A stretch of 53,707 bases of DNA, filler included, from Sphacelaria rigidula (Eukaryota), in assembly GCA_964200075.2 (NCBI GenBank). It is 5 parts of 5 records of this genome, joined end to end, with 100 filler letters (N's around TTAATTAATTAA, not from the genome) between each part and the next. Parts side by side here need not be neighbours in the genome. Positions count along the whole stretch, not along the records: positions 21,526 to 32,186 come from CAXNAA020006122.1; positions 32,287 to 42,947 come from CAXNAA020006123.1; 3 more parts are not named here. One strand, 5' to 3'. Positions 23,996 to 36,973 of this stretch are shown one piece after another. Both the position numbers and the translations under genes were made by a program. Numbering within the stretch: the first letter of the stretch is position 1; every line of letters starts with the position of its first letter. The notes under the pieces were generated by a model that saw only the letters and a program-made list of their open reading frames with translations, was not told the origin of the DNA and made no database searches.

Positions 23996-24859
23996 ACGAA
24001 ATTCGGTTTCTGAGAATGGACATGGGCAACCTTTGGATAGATAGTAGATAGCTGATCTACAAGGAGGTTCTGCCTGTTGTTCCCGGGCCCAATCGGCGTG
24101 AGAAAAGAGGGTCGAACCTTCATTGAAAGCTCCATCTGTTGAAGCGTCTACTTCGCGTTAGGTTGGGCTGGGGGTGACACGAAGCGGTGATGTCGGAACC
24201 AAGGGTGAGCTTACCAGGTGGTGTATTCTCAGGTGTAACGTCAACGTCTCCTCCTACGTCGATTAGCGTGGTAGGTGTTGTGGTGGTGATGTTAACATCA
24301 TCACCAAGGAAAGGGGGCACAGCCGTGGTTTCGGCTATGATCTCGGTAAGGGAGGCACGGCTGGGGTCAATTTTCTGGGGGCCTTGCGTCGTGGCGGTTG
24401 AAGAGACGCAAGGAAACTACCGGAGACGGGGGTGGGGGCAGGGAGTGGAAGGTGAGGATCAGAAACGGCTAATTTGGTGGCCGTGTCGGCGGTCCGCCGT
24501 CCACGAGTTCTACTCAAAATCAAGTCTCGAGCTTGAACTGGTAAGACGGAGTCAGTAAAGGACGGTTCTACACCTGCTGGAAAACCATGCGCTGGCCAAT
24601 TGCACGAAAATAATCATAGTCAACAGTATTCGTAGGTAGTCCATTCCAAAAGAAGCAAAACGATTGAGGTTGCAAACTGCCCAGCACTGATGCGTGGGCC
24701 GTGGTCATCAGCCCACCCATACCTAAAGCCGGCGTTCCTCTCAGTGAAAGTGGTGTGTAAAGACCTCTATGTCCATTCCTGTTGATGAAATATACAATGT
24801 CTTCGGTGGGATCGGTGATACGTCCCATGGGGGATTCATCGACAGGTTCAGCCGGTGTG

Positions 24860-25250
24860 GGCAAGCGTCACAGGAAGTCGACGTCTGTATTTTGCGGGCC
24901 TGTGCGATATTTCAACTCGAAGTTGTAAGACGACAGGATTTCGAACCAGCGTTATACCCTAGCGTTGTGTTCCGCCATTTTGGCGAGGCTTTCCAAAGGC
25001 TCATGACCCGTATAAATCACAAACGGATTATCATACAAATGCTGACGCAGACGTCGCACACCCCAAACAACTGCGCCGGCCTCTTGTTCCATGACAGACC
25101 AATTCTGTTCATTTGGAAAAGTGGTGCAACTCAGATATACGATGGGACGAATAGTAGCATCGTCTTGCTCCTGTTATAATGTGCAACCAAACCCAATTTT
25201 GGAAGAATCTGTGTGGGGATGGAAAGGGCGGGAACCATGTTCCGCGGCCG
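24860..25250 (-). pseudogene. Ty3/gypsy RNase H (with stops)
   Basis: Minus-strand frame reads TDSSKIGFGCTL*QEQDD..PIVYLS..EQNWSVMEQEAGAVVWGV..IYTGHEPL..RWFEILSSYNFELKYRTG. Confidence 0.85.
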
Positions 25251-25251
25251 A

Positions 25252-26367
25252 CTAGTCGGGGAAGACGAGAATAGGCGGGCGCGAAAGTGTCAAGAAGACG
25301 GCGGGCGATATTTTCGTTTCCGATGTAAACACCAACTTCACCATTCTTTTCAAGACGGTGGTGAGGGGTTTGAGCGTTTGGGCAAGGTTTGGCAAGTACT
25401 GTCTGCAGTAGCTTAGACCTCCCAACAAGGAACGCAGTCGAGAAATGTCCCGTGGCATGGGCATATTGGTGAGTGCGACGGCCTTGTTGAGGTTTGGGCT
25501 ACGTTCTTCGGGGGTGATGCAATGACCCAGGAACTCAATCTTCGTGGCGCCAATGCGGGATTTGGAGGAGGCGAGTTTCAGATTGTGCTGTTCAAACCGA
25601 TGAAAGAGTGATGCCACTTGTTCAACGTGTCCGGTCGGTGTGCAATCGTGGCACACCGCATCATCAAGGTACATATGACATTTGGGCAATCCATCAGTCA
25701 CACGGAACATAGCATTTTGAAACGTACCTGGGGCTCGGACGGCACCTTGTGGTGTAATCAACCACTCGTACAAATCTGATGGTGTGCATAATGCCGTCAG
25801 TTCAATGGAATTCGGATCCATCACGAGTTGATGGTAGCCAGACTGCATGTCAAAGTTCGAAAATACCTTACCCCCGCCAAGCGAGTCAATAATTTCATCA
25901 ATCCGTGGGAGAGACAGCCGGGCAATTTTGGTGACAGCGTTCAATCGTTGATAATTGACCGTCAGTCTGATTTTGCCATTCTTCTTGCGGACGACTACTA
26001 AAGGCGAGGCCCACGGAGACGTCGAGTGCCGAATCAAACCGGCGGGAAAGTAACCATCGAGAACTACTTGGATCTTATCCGCCAAGGGGGGGCTCGTACG
26101 GTACGGATGCATAGCGATAGGCGGAGTGTCATCAGGGATAATGATTTTGAACGGCGTCGTGGTACATCGACCTAAATCCAAGCGTGAAGTAGAAAACCGT
26201 CCAGAATATCTGATCAAGGAGAATCTCAATCTATCGATTACAGTAGGTGTCCAACCATCGCCGGATAGATGAAAAACAATATGCCGCAAATGAGGGGGGA
26301 TGTCATCCCACAACTTTTGTAAACTAGCGCGCTGTTCTGGGGAAAATCTGTCCAGTAACGCAGTTAG
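25252..26367 (-). pseudogene. Ty3/gypsy reverse transcriptase
   Basis: SPWASPLVVVRKKNGKIRLTVNYQRLN, LPRIDEIIDSL, FDMQSGYHQL, MYLDD, IEFLGH. Confidence 0.95.
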
Positions 26368-26615
26368 GAGTCATCCTGCGATAGGGGGGGGGGGGTATTT
26401 GATTGCCCGAAAAAAGAGGCTCGAAAGTGTGTCAGACGACCTGCCACACTCGCGGTGCGCTTGTATTTGGTTCAAAACGGTATCAATCGGTATGAATGAG
26501 TATTATTCATCTATAACAAGCTCGTTCAAGCAACCGTTGCTCCTTTCAACGAAGATTTGACTTGGAATTTCGTGCAAGAAGTGGCCCAAAATACCCCCCT
26601 ATCATAGGATGACTC
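26368..26615. mobile_element. 248-bp MITE with GAG...CTC termini and 4-bp TSD (Sola-like), inserted in pol
   Basis: TIRs GAGTCATCCTGCGATAGGGGG / CCCCCTATCATAGGATGACTC, flanked by TTAG and TTGG. Removing the element plus one 4-mer restores the pol frame (PEPEPPTALLDRFSPEQR). Confidence 0.85.
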
Positions 26616-29600
26616 TTGGGGGTTCAGGTTCAGGGGCATCTGGTGGGTTTGTCACCACCATGGGGTCAGGCATGTGTAGTGGAGGCAGCCCGTGGTTTTC
26701 GGGGGGTCGGTTGACAAGTTGGTTTCCGCAAGGGGGCACACATCTGACAGGGCAGTTCGTAGAAGAGGTGCTTGAGTATAACCCAACAACCGTTCGTTGA
26801 GTATATCGAAACATGCAGGGGACATGACGTAAATGGCCTGCCGGCCTTCATGAGCAAATACCTCGATCTGCTCGAACGAACCGACCCGTGGTTGATCAGA
26901 TTTGAGAAATTCGACCGAATAATGTCCTGTGAGGGCGGGCGATCTATTGCGTTTCACGAGTTTCACATGGATAAGTTGGGGTTCACGAGAAAGCGAGACT
27001 ATAGGTCCACCAACGTATTACAGACGGAATCCATTCCCTATGTGCGTGGGGTCATCCTCCTAGGCATAAGCCCCCGCATCAGTGTCGAAGTGAACTAGTG
27101 ACAGGTTGGCTGTGACTGGACGGTTCGGGACAGGTGTATCCGGCGTATAGGTGTGTGTGGAAAAACGATGCCAACTATCTCTACCCAACAAAACATCCAA
27201 ATACATGGAACTATCGGGCACAATTCGTGCCCATACTGATGACCTAGCAGTGGGAGTAGTATCCTGGAAGAATTCTTCACTGAGTCTCACCTATTGATTA
27301 ACCGTGAGAGATGTGGAGGAACCATACCCGCAAAAACACGAGGGTGCACAGTGGAAAGACAATGCTCGTCCGCCGCGCCCGCGTTGATCATCTGTTTCCA
27401 GCAGCTGACTGTAATGAACGTTTGAGGCAAACCTGAACCTGGCAGTGCAAGAGCTACCAAATGGCAGTTTACACGCGCTCCACTATGTAAACCTATCTTG
27501 GTCGTGAAAGAGGCATTGTCCATAGTTGCAGTACCACTGACAAAATCGGGCCCGAATTCGGGTAAGACATCTGACACATCCTACTTTGCGTTTTGAACGT
27601 AGGTGCTAAAATACACACGCTGATGATCCTGCGGCACAAGCCTTTGGTCGGAAGGATGGTGCGTGCATGGAGTGTCAGTGTCTATGTATTTGTTGTTTGT
27701 GCCTGAAATATTTTTCTCATCAGTCGAGGGGTGAATTTCATATACTGCAACAGAGGGGCGATGCCGGGGAAGGGCAGTTGTCGTGGTTGGACCCGACAAC
27801 TGATTTGTGCGTGGTGTTTCACCCATATTGGCCAACAGAGGGGGCGCATCGTCATTGTGCAAAGCGGGGTTAATTACATTATCCAGCTTGGTCATAACGG
27901 GAGACGATTCATCGGGGCGCGGTGTTGAATTTAATACGCCAATCAACTCAATACCGTCAATGGTTGGGGCCAACGTGGGCGATTTTGGAAACGATTCGTC
28001 AGAACGCGGGGTTGATGGAGCTGTGCTGTTCAACCCGGCGTTTATAATAGGGGTCAACATGGGCGCGTTAGGAGACGAGTCGTCTTGCGTAACACTTTGT
28101 CTGCCTGGTGATGAACACACTATTGGGGTGTCTTCATGACTAGGATGCAAACGTCCATGATTCAGCGAAGTCTCCGTTCCTACAGACGGCGACGCTTCAT
28201 CAAAAATTGGTTTTAACATAATGCACGAGGGGTGGGCAGGGAGCAGTAACCGTCGGTTCGAAATCTGGGGAGTACCGGCCCGTTCCACTCTGAGGTTTTC
28301 ATCTTTTAGAGGCGACACGCAATCTCTTTCTTGGAGTTCACGTGCGCTTGCTACTCCAGGGTTATCTACATTATCATCTGGAGGAGCCCGCCTAGGGTGG
28401 CGCGTATAGCGCACAAAAGGGTCGGCGGCTCCAGGGGCTATTGAAATGAGTTCTCGGACCATCGAACCTAGGTCATGCTCTCGGCACACCACCTGAGTCG
28501 CTGCCACTTGGGGTTCCATTCCAACCCGCTGAGCGACGGAAAACATGGGTTCTTTGCGGTTGCGACCCTTCAAGGAGTAATTACGCTCATCAAATAAAAG
28601 GGAACCGGGTACCGTAGTTTTTGCGGAACTAGGTAGGGTGGTTAGCTGGGCACTCAAGCAACTGGGGGGTGCTTGAGTGTGTGGCTTTTAATTTGGTATC
28701 CTCTGATGAACGGTCGAAGGGGCAGCGTCTACCGCACCAGAAGATATTTCGGCTCCGGGTACGAGAGAAACTGCACAACAAGACTTCCTCTCCCCCGAAG
28801 AGAAGGGTTTCGATTGAATATGATTAGTACCTGGTGGATGTATAACTGGGTGATCAGTTCCAGGATTAAAACGTTGGGGTTGGTCACTGCTCAATTGATA
28901 GTCATGCAATGGCGCACGGGCTTCGGCTGTCTTGGAATCCATCAAGACAGTTTCAGCATACCCAGGGAACCCACACCACATGGTTAAACCCGCGGTGGCC
29001 GCCGTTGATTCACGTGTGTGATGTATGTGACCTGGCCGAGCGAAAGAAAATTGTTGGGTACTTCTGCGGTGAGTTACCGTCGATTGTTTGTTTCTGATTG
29101 TGCGATTGTACCCACTAATGAGAAATGAACGGTCATCAGAAGTAGAAAAAAAACAGGCAAGTGGCGGCGCTTAGGTTTTGGGCTCAGCAACGCGTCCTGG
29201 GTTACCCCACTGTATGCTATCTGGAATCTTCGGAACTTGTAGAACGTTCCCAAAAAGTTGTCAAGTTGTGAGGTGAGTATCAGTGTTGCGTGGGTATCGT
29301 CCTAGCGAGGTTCAGCCGCAGCACTAGGTCCACTAGGTCCACTCATGTGTAAACGTCTACCGTTCTGTGATTGGACCGGTGCATGTGGTTGCAAGTGTGT
29401 CAGGTCAGGTGGGTCAGGCGTTGAACAACGTTAGCGATTATCAGTACCGTCGAACCGGTTGTCACGTCTGGAGGGGTGTAGAGCATCGTTAGGGTTGTCC
29501 GTTTGGAGGCGACCGTACGACCGCAGGTGTGATTGCCGGGTTTGCCAGCATCGGGAAAACTGTTGCGCAGAGTCCGAGTGTCTTTGTGCGGCCAGTTGAC

Positions 29601-31080
29601 ATTCTTGCTCCGCAGTTTCCAGAGCTTTCGTGCTTTCGCGTATCGCGCGCTCTAGGTTGTTCGGTCCCGTTGGTTTTTTCTCGCAAAGGGCATCTATCTG
29701 ACGGGGGACCTGCGCGGACTCCTACACCCTTGTAGAACCCTAACGTTGACCCGCGGCGAGGCGGGAAAATTCTAACTCTCTTCTCGCACTTTCAATCTGT
29801 ACTAGGCCGTTGTTCCGAATCTGGTCCCAGCAGTCAGTTTGTTCAGTCACCGAAACGTTGTACCAATGGCGCGGGGGAATGAAGCCTGGGCGAGTCTGCC
29901 TGAGTTGGTAATATGCTTCGTCACGCGTGGGCGGAAAATATTCCGACTTGGGCTGGTCATCAATAGCCAGAGTGGGGCGGTTACAGGGTTCAGCATCGGT
30001 TTGGGTGCGGAAATCATCGTCAGGAAAGGTCCTTACAGCATCAGGGCTCACGTGGAGGGATGCCATCTGCAAATGAAAAGTGGGAACGTCGTCAGCGCTT
30101 TGAGTTGCTGGTTGGTGTACAGGGGTATGTTATGTTCACTAAGGGAGGTGGGGTGAGCATGGGAAGGAGGACTACGGTCCTCATCCAAATCTGTAGCCAC
30201 GTCCTTGGAAATGTGTCTTGCAACCACGCTTTCATCGACGTCAAAACGTTGCGGTTCGCTGTTGCCAGCTGTCTCGCTACGCATGGGTGACTCTACGGTT
30301 GTTTCACAACTGTCTGAAGGAAGCGCACCGTCCTTGGTGACATCGTGCTCAGATGGAGTCGAAGGGCGATTGACATCAGACATGGCTTGTCTACCCGCGC
30401 AAATGCGCAAGACCGATATCGTACAGATGCGAAGGTTGGAAAGTGCCCGTCTTGTCGTGGGAGTAGGCATATATGGTGTTGGGGAACTGATGCAACGTGC
30501 ACAACAAAAAAAAGGAAGAGGGTGGCAGAGTACTGTCGACAGTTTTGTTCGACGTGTAGCGTAGCGCACCCGCACATGTGTTCGGCCTACCACCCGTCGT
30601 GTGTTGGACACATGTCGGTAGGTTGAGTTGATACAGGATCGACGGACGGTGAGCGAGGGCGCTTGCGGGGCGCTTGGTTGAGGAATCTTTGAAAAATCGA
30701 CGGGCCCGTAAGGGGCGTATTGAATCAAAGAACATGTGAGCAGCTCTGTTTTCCGAGACCCGCCCATGGGTAGAAAAAGGAAACAGCACTTCCGGCCGAG
30801 TGTGTATGAAGACGCGATGCGTCCCCTTTGCAGTGCATAACGTTACCAGAGAGAGCGCATCCGCCACAGTAGGTTAATAGCTTGCACCGTCTGTATGTCC
30901 TGCGGGTGGGGGAGATTTAGGTAATGTAGAAAGAGAGAGCTCGCGTGTGCGCGCGTACCTCAAGCGCCTTATGGTTCGGTCGCCACTGCCTGAAACTAGC
31001 GTGGATACTGCATAACACATCGAAGACCTGCAGCTAGACTCGAGTCGGAAAGTCTGTCGAACTCCAGGTGAAAAAAAAGT

Positions 31081-31295
31081 CAGCTGTCACCAAAGCTATC
31101 TTATTACTCGAGTGTGTGTGAACATACCGATGTGTACACAACTGTCAAGTGAAAAACAAGAAGGACAAAAAAATGCGCAGGCTCGAAAACAAACGTAGGC
31201 TGGTGCTTGGCTAGTGCGGGAAACAGCGGCCGAGCGAGAGAGAGAAGCGTACAGCCTGAGTAAAACAAGCCACCGATGAAATCCCAACTGCTACA
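31081..31295 (-). other. Candidate 5' LTR (~31094-31295) and primer-binding site (31081-31092)
   Basis: Minus strand begins TGTAGC and ends ...AATAAGATAGCT, immediately followed by T-TGGTGACAGCTG. The terminal CA is missing and there is no second LTR to confirm it. Confidence 0.35.
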
Positions 31296-32186
31296 GTATT
31301 AGCCGTAGCAAGGGCAAACCGCTCCCCCAGTGCAGGGAGATTAGTAAGCTGATCCTGTGTTCAGCTCCTTAAACAAGGCTGGAGGTTCTCAGTTTTCACA
31401 ACGCAAGTAGCTGCTGTTTGGGGAATTACACCAGATGCCACTCTTGTGTGTACAACTGACAGACAAAATACTAGCGAGGGACTATGGTACACGTGACTCA
31501 CATTAGTCAAGTAACGGACTTGTAGACCAGGTAGAGGCGATGTTCGAAAGCTCTTCTTATATATCCAAAATATGTTGGTTGTTGGGCCCATGAACACAAG
31601 GAAGCAGCTGGGGGGGGGGGGCGACGACCACGACAATAAGAACCTTTTTTGTAGCCACGCGTAGAGCGGCCATATTACAGAACCGGCCTGGCGCGTGCCT
31701 GTGGTCAATCAAGCGTGAGCAGCAACGTACGCATGCCGCTAATCAAGTATATTCCGTATCCGACTCCAAGCTGGTAGATCAACATACAGCAAATCCAATA
31801 TTTACCTTACACAAGCACACATTCGACTAGGATCCTCTTCTCTTACTCGCCGGTCGTTTGTGAAAACGATCGTTATACCTCAAGGAGCTCGTTTAATCTC
31901 GCACGCGATCATATACCATCACAGACACTCCCGCATCTCCCCCGACTTCCCCCCATTTTTTTGTAAACATCGGAGGAGATGTGAGCGTGTCTCGATTTGA
32001 GCAGGAAGGTGATGTATCAAAAGCCGACAACGTCCAGAGAATCGGGGAGCTGATCTGGTTTTCTCACAGCTAGTCGAAAAACATTGCCCAACGGACTGGA
32101 GTCCGAAAACCAATCCATGGGAGAAAATCGCCTCTAAACAGGGTTGCCTGAAAAATGAGAACGTGTTTTGAAATGAGAATCAACCG

Positions 32187-32286
32187 NNNNNNNNNNNNNN
32201 NNNNNNNNNNNNNNNNNNNNNNNNNNNNNNTTAATTAATTAANNNNNNNNNNNNNNNNNNNNNNNNNNNNNNNNNNNNNNNNNNNN
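32187..32286. other. Artificial contig linker
   Basis: N44-TTAATTAATTAA-N44. Confidence 0.98.
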
Positions 32287-32709
32287 GCTCCGGACCAGGC
32301 TTGCACTCAAAGCACCCAGCGCGAAGCGCCGTGGTGTGTTCGGCGAGTCGCATGAAGGGTGAGCTGCGTCCGGCGAGGATTGTCCGGCCCGAAGCGTACC
32401 AGTTATCTTGCATGTGGATGACAGCCAACAATGAGTTGCTTTACTCTGTGGTATCGCCACTCCCAGAGACAGCCATGGCTTTTACACTGCCTCATGGGTG
32501 TACAGGGGGGGGGGGGTGATTTGATCTCTCGAAAAACAGCGGCTCACAGGTTTGCCAGACGACCTCACTACCCGCGATGCGTTTGTGTTTGAATGAAAAT
32601 GGTGTCGAGTGGGATCAATGAGTGTATGTTTTTGGGAACAAGCGCGTTCAAGCAAATGTTGCTGTTCTCAACGACGATTCGAAGTGGAAGTTCGTGGAAG
32701 AAGTAGCCC

Positions 32710-32757
<48 letters not shown>

Positions 32758-32894
32758 TCGCCCCCACCCCCNNNNNNNNNNGGACGAGAATGTTTTTTTT
32801 TTTTTTTTTCGCTTCTATGTGGTCGTAGTCCTTGAGTTATTACCTCCCCCCCCCCCCCCCCCCCCCCCTATCGTAGCATCATTCTTTGATACCC

Positions 32895-35800
32895 GTTGCA
32901 GTCCGACGGGAGTGGGTCAGACGCCGGCTTTTTTTCGTTTGTTTGTTTGTTTTCGTTTGTTCACCATGGTCGCTACGTGACATTGCGTGGGTTCTGTGAG
33001 AGGTTGGAACAAGTCCGGCCGTATTGGACCGATCCGCTGAATCCATAGTGGCGGCTCCACACAACATCCTGAGTATATATGCGAAAGTATACCGCGAATA
33101 CGATGGCAGGTGACCGACTGAAGTAATATGTTTGTCATGAGCAGTATATAATAGCATGGTATCTAGTCTATGTCTCAGTTTTCCCTTACAGTACGAGTAC
33201 CTGTTTTGTTTTTCACATGCAACGCCCAGAGTACCCAACAGTAGTTGCACCGCTGAAACGTCAACAATAACGAAGAAGAGAATCAATAGCTTGATCTCAT
33301 GAGCGAAACAAGTTCAGAACACCATAAAGCGACACAAACCCCCTACAAACGGCTTCGTGGGTGCTCACCAGAACACGCGTCCTTTCTGGTCGCGGCACAG
33401 AACCCACTGACCCCCAATTGCGGGCGGCGCGCTGGTAACGGCTTGCTCTTCGTCAGAGACTACCAACACCGGTGTGGCTGCAGTAATATACAGGGCAACG
33501 GAAGGAACGGGCACAGGAACAGCGAGGGCATGAGTGGAATAGGATGCGCAAGATGGCGTGCCAACTGCGGAAGGTGCTTTCCTCTTTACGGTCGAGTGCA
33601 GCACGGAAGACAACATTAGACTATATAGTACAGGCAGTTGTACGGCACACCACACAGTCTAGTTTACAGTTCGGTCTCTGGATGGCATGGATGGAACCGG
33701 AAATAATGTAAACGTTTACAACAACAGTACATGTACATGTACATGCGCACCCCACAGCAGGACTATGACCCCAATGACGTGACGCTGATAATGTGGCAAG
33801 GCAAGCTTTGTGAACCAAGGGGTGGCAGGAGCAGTGGATCGTGCCCATCTCTCCACTCACTGTCTCATGAACGAAAACTGGATACTCCTCTACCTGTCGT
33901 TGCAGTGACGGGTGCTCATGTACGAACCCGCAGCATCATAGATCAATTTGAAGTCTCCGAAAACCAAGGTTCTGTCTGCTGTACATGAGTTCACATCAGG
34001 TTTGCACAGACTCTCAACCGTAACAAAAACAAAACCACGGTGTCTGACCGAACGGAGTACACACGTACTGTTGCACTGCTCAGCTGTTGATAACGCAGCT
34101 ACCTTCAGGCGCACGCACCAGAGTGGCTACGGCGTAGTAACCCCACCTTGTGGATTGTTTCCATTCTTCTGGTGCTGCAAGCTTTGGATCCGCTGCCGCT
34201 GCCCAATGTTGCTGCTCAGGACCAAACCCTGGAAGGGCAAAGTCAAGTAGTTGACCATGATTGATGCTGACGCGCCTTGCCGCCTGCTCGCTGTGTTGTT
34301 GGATGCTTTTGTGCTGTCGAGGCTGGTTGTAATTCTAGTGGTTCGGGTAGTGTGAGATGAGGCTCGCCAAACGTTGTGAGAGCATGGGCGGAGCTATCAG
34401 ACGGCGACAACCGACTACTCGTACAACCGTTGTGGCTGAGAACGCGGAGGCGTTGTCGCAGTGTTCAGAGTTGCGAATTTGCTGACAATTTTGCGGATCA
34501 AATTCGACTCTTTCTTTCTGCCCGAAAAACACGCAGTCGCGTGTCTCCAGCCAATCAAGACCATACACGTGAGATGCCAGGACCGTTCCGCATCGTCTCC
34601 CAACTCGAAAGTTACCCCGCAAGTGGCCGTACACGACCCTTGTCGTGCTGCAGGGAAACTTCGGGGACATTCTTCTTCTCGGGGTATGTTGTGGTCATCA
34701 TGTTCATGTTCTCCGCGGGACTGTGTTGAGGGCCTTTTGTATGTGGAGTACTTACTTACTTATTCTGGCACCAAAGTCTCGTGCTCCAGAGAAGTGCCGG
34801 AGTAATTCTTCGTGCTTGCGCTCCGTGTCCAATGCCTTGCGGAATAGCCTTTGTGATGGGAGAGTATGTGGAACGGTGCTGTCTGCTCACATGGTCTTCA
34901 TTGACTCGTAAAGACACACGGTTTCATTGTTTCTCGTTCAGAAACGAAAGAGTCGAATTTGAGCCGCAAAATTGTCAGCAAATTTGCAGCTCGGAACGCT
35001 GCCGCAACGCCTCCGCGTTATCAGCCGCAGTCGTAGCCGGTTTTTCCCGTGTGATAGCTCTGCCCATGCTCTCACAACTTTTGGAAGCCCTCATCCCACA
35101 GCACCCGGAACACCACCAGTCTCACCAGCACAAGCGTACCCGGCAATATATCATACAGACAGCAAGGTGCGTCAGCATCAACCATGATGAACTACCTGAC
35201 TTCGCCGTTCCAGGGCGTAGTCCTGAGCAGCAACAACATGGAGCAGCGACAGCCGGTCCAAAGCTTGCAGCACCAGAAGAAAAGTGCAGATAACACACAA
35301 GGTGAGGTTACTGCGCTGTAGCCACTGTAGTGCGTGCGCCTAGAGGTAGCTACATCAGCTATTGGTATTCGAGCAGTGCAGCAGTACATGCGTACTCCGT
35401 TCGTTCAGACGCTACGGTGTGCGGCAAACTATGATGTAGCGTCGGTGCACAGGATCGGGAAGTACTTGGCTTTCGGAGACTTCAAATCGATTTCTGATTC
35501 TGCGGGTTCGTACATGTACCGTTCACGTCGGTTACGACATGTAGAGGAGAATCACATGTTCGTTCGTGGGGTAGTGCATGGAGAGATGACACGATCCACT
35601 GCTCCTGCCACCCGCTTGGTACACAAAGCTTGCCTTGCCGAACTATCAGCGTCACGCCAGTGGGGTCATGGTACTGCTGCTGTTGGGTGCGCATGTAAAC
35701 ATTGTTTCCGGTCCCATCCATGCGTCTACAGACCGAACTGTATCCTCAACCGTACTGTACTGTCTTGTGATGTACCGTGCTGCAATGTTGTGCTCTGTAC

Positions 35801-36505
35801 TGTACTTGACCGTGTGGAGAAAAGCACCTCCCGCGGTCGGCACGTATTCATGCGCACCCCCTGCGGTGGGGACGTTTCACCCATACCCTCGCCGTCCCTA
35901 CGCCCGTTCTTCCCGTCGCCCTACATGTTACTGCAGGCACACCGGCGTTGGTAGTCACTGACGAACAACAAGCAGTCGTCAGCGCGCCGCCTGCAGCTGG
36001 GGGCCCGTGGGCTTTGTGCCGGGATCAGCAAGGACGCGTGTTCTGGTGAGTGCTCACAAAGCCGTTGATAGGGTCTTGTTTGGCTTGACATCTCGCCATA
36101 GCGTCGCTGCAAGGTGTTCTGAGTTCGTTTTGCTCGCAAGATCAAACGGTGCCCTTGTTCGATATTGCTAACTTGTATAGTGTGATGTTGGACATTCTGG
36201 GCGTTCCATGCTAAGGCTGGACAGGGGACGGGGACTGGGATGTAGGCTCGGACATCATGCTATATTACTCGTGACAAAAACACTACGTTCGTCGGGCACC
36301 CGCCACCGTATTCGCCGTATAACTCTTTCGTGTGCATTTATGATATTGTGTGGAACCACCCGGATGGATTCAGCGGATCGGCCTCGCACCGCCGGAATTG
36401 TTCCAACCTGTCACAAAAGTTCACGCAACGTCACATAGCGGCCAGGTTGAACAGAGTACAACAACCGCATCAACCCCGCGGCCGGCCTGCTCCCGTCGGA
36501 CTGCA
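32895..36505. repeat. Diverged inverted duplication (arms ~32895-34590 and ~34870-36505)
   Basis: Colinear reverse-complement similarity across the upstream region, exons 1-2 and both introns, e.g. AATTCGACTCTTTC at 34501 vs GAAAGAGTCGAATT at ~34946. Confidence 0.92.
33369..34258 (-). CDS. Paralog of the WW-domain gene, exons 1-2 only (34258-34147, 33477-33369)
   Basis: MVNYLTLPFQGLVLSSNIGQRQRIQSLQHQKNGNNPQ|ATPVLVVSDEEQAVTSAPPAIGGQWVLCRDQKGRVFW. Frames and splice sites are intact. Exon 3 is not found on the contig. Confidence 0.75.
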
Positions 36506-36973
36506 GCAACTATCGAAGCTCTCAGAACTGAATGACGCCCACTACCCCCCATCCGCACCGCGACCCACCACACCCTCAGGTTGAACAGCAACACCGGCCA
36601 ATGGACCTACGCTGCCGGAGCGACGGCCGCCCATATCATGCAGCCGCCCCCGCCTCCGCAGTATGTGTACATGCCACAGGCATCCCAGTCACAGGCCAAC
36701 ACTGCATGGGTCGTATCCTCACCGACCTCCCCACCGCAACAGCAACAACAGCAGATGGTGTGGGTACCTGTAGGCGTATCGCCGGTGCTATCGGACGTAA
36801 ACGACGACAGCGATGACGACGACGAGGAGGACGTTGAGAGATCAAGTAAGAGTAAGAGTAAGGTGGTGTACCCTGGTCTGCCAAGGTGGAAGGAGTGTTG
36901 GAATGCGGAGGGGAAGATTGTGTGGATCCACAGGGAGACCGGGAAGCTTGTCCACACCGACCCTTACGAGTAG
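35184..36973 (+). CDS. ~206-aa protein with two WW-like domains; exons 35184-35301, 35937-36045, 36580-36973
   Basis: GT-AG introns with compatible phases. WW1 GPWALCRDQQGRVFW|LNSNTGQWTY spans the exon 2/3 junction. WW2 LPRWKECWNAEGKIVWIHRETGKLVHTDP is C-terminal. P/Q-rich and acidic linker. Confidence 0.85.

Larger units (their letters stand above)
21967..31295 (-). mobile_element. Degenerate chromodomain-bearing Ty3/gypsy LTR retrotransposon
   Basis: Domain order gag(~28700-30383)-PR(27060-27577)-RT(25252-26313)-RH(~24860-25250)-IN(22712-23995)-chromo(22348-22503) is the Ty3/gypsy order. Many stops and frameshifts. No 3' LTR on this contig. Confidence 0.93.
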
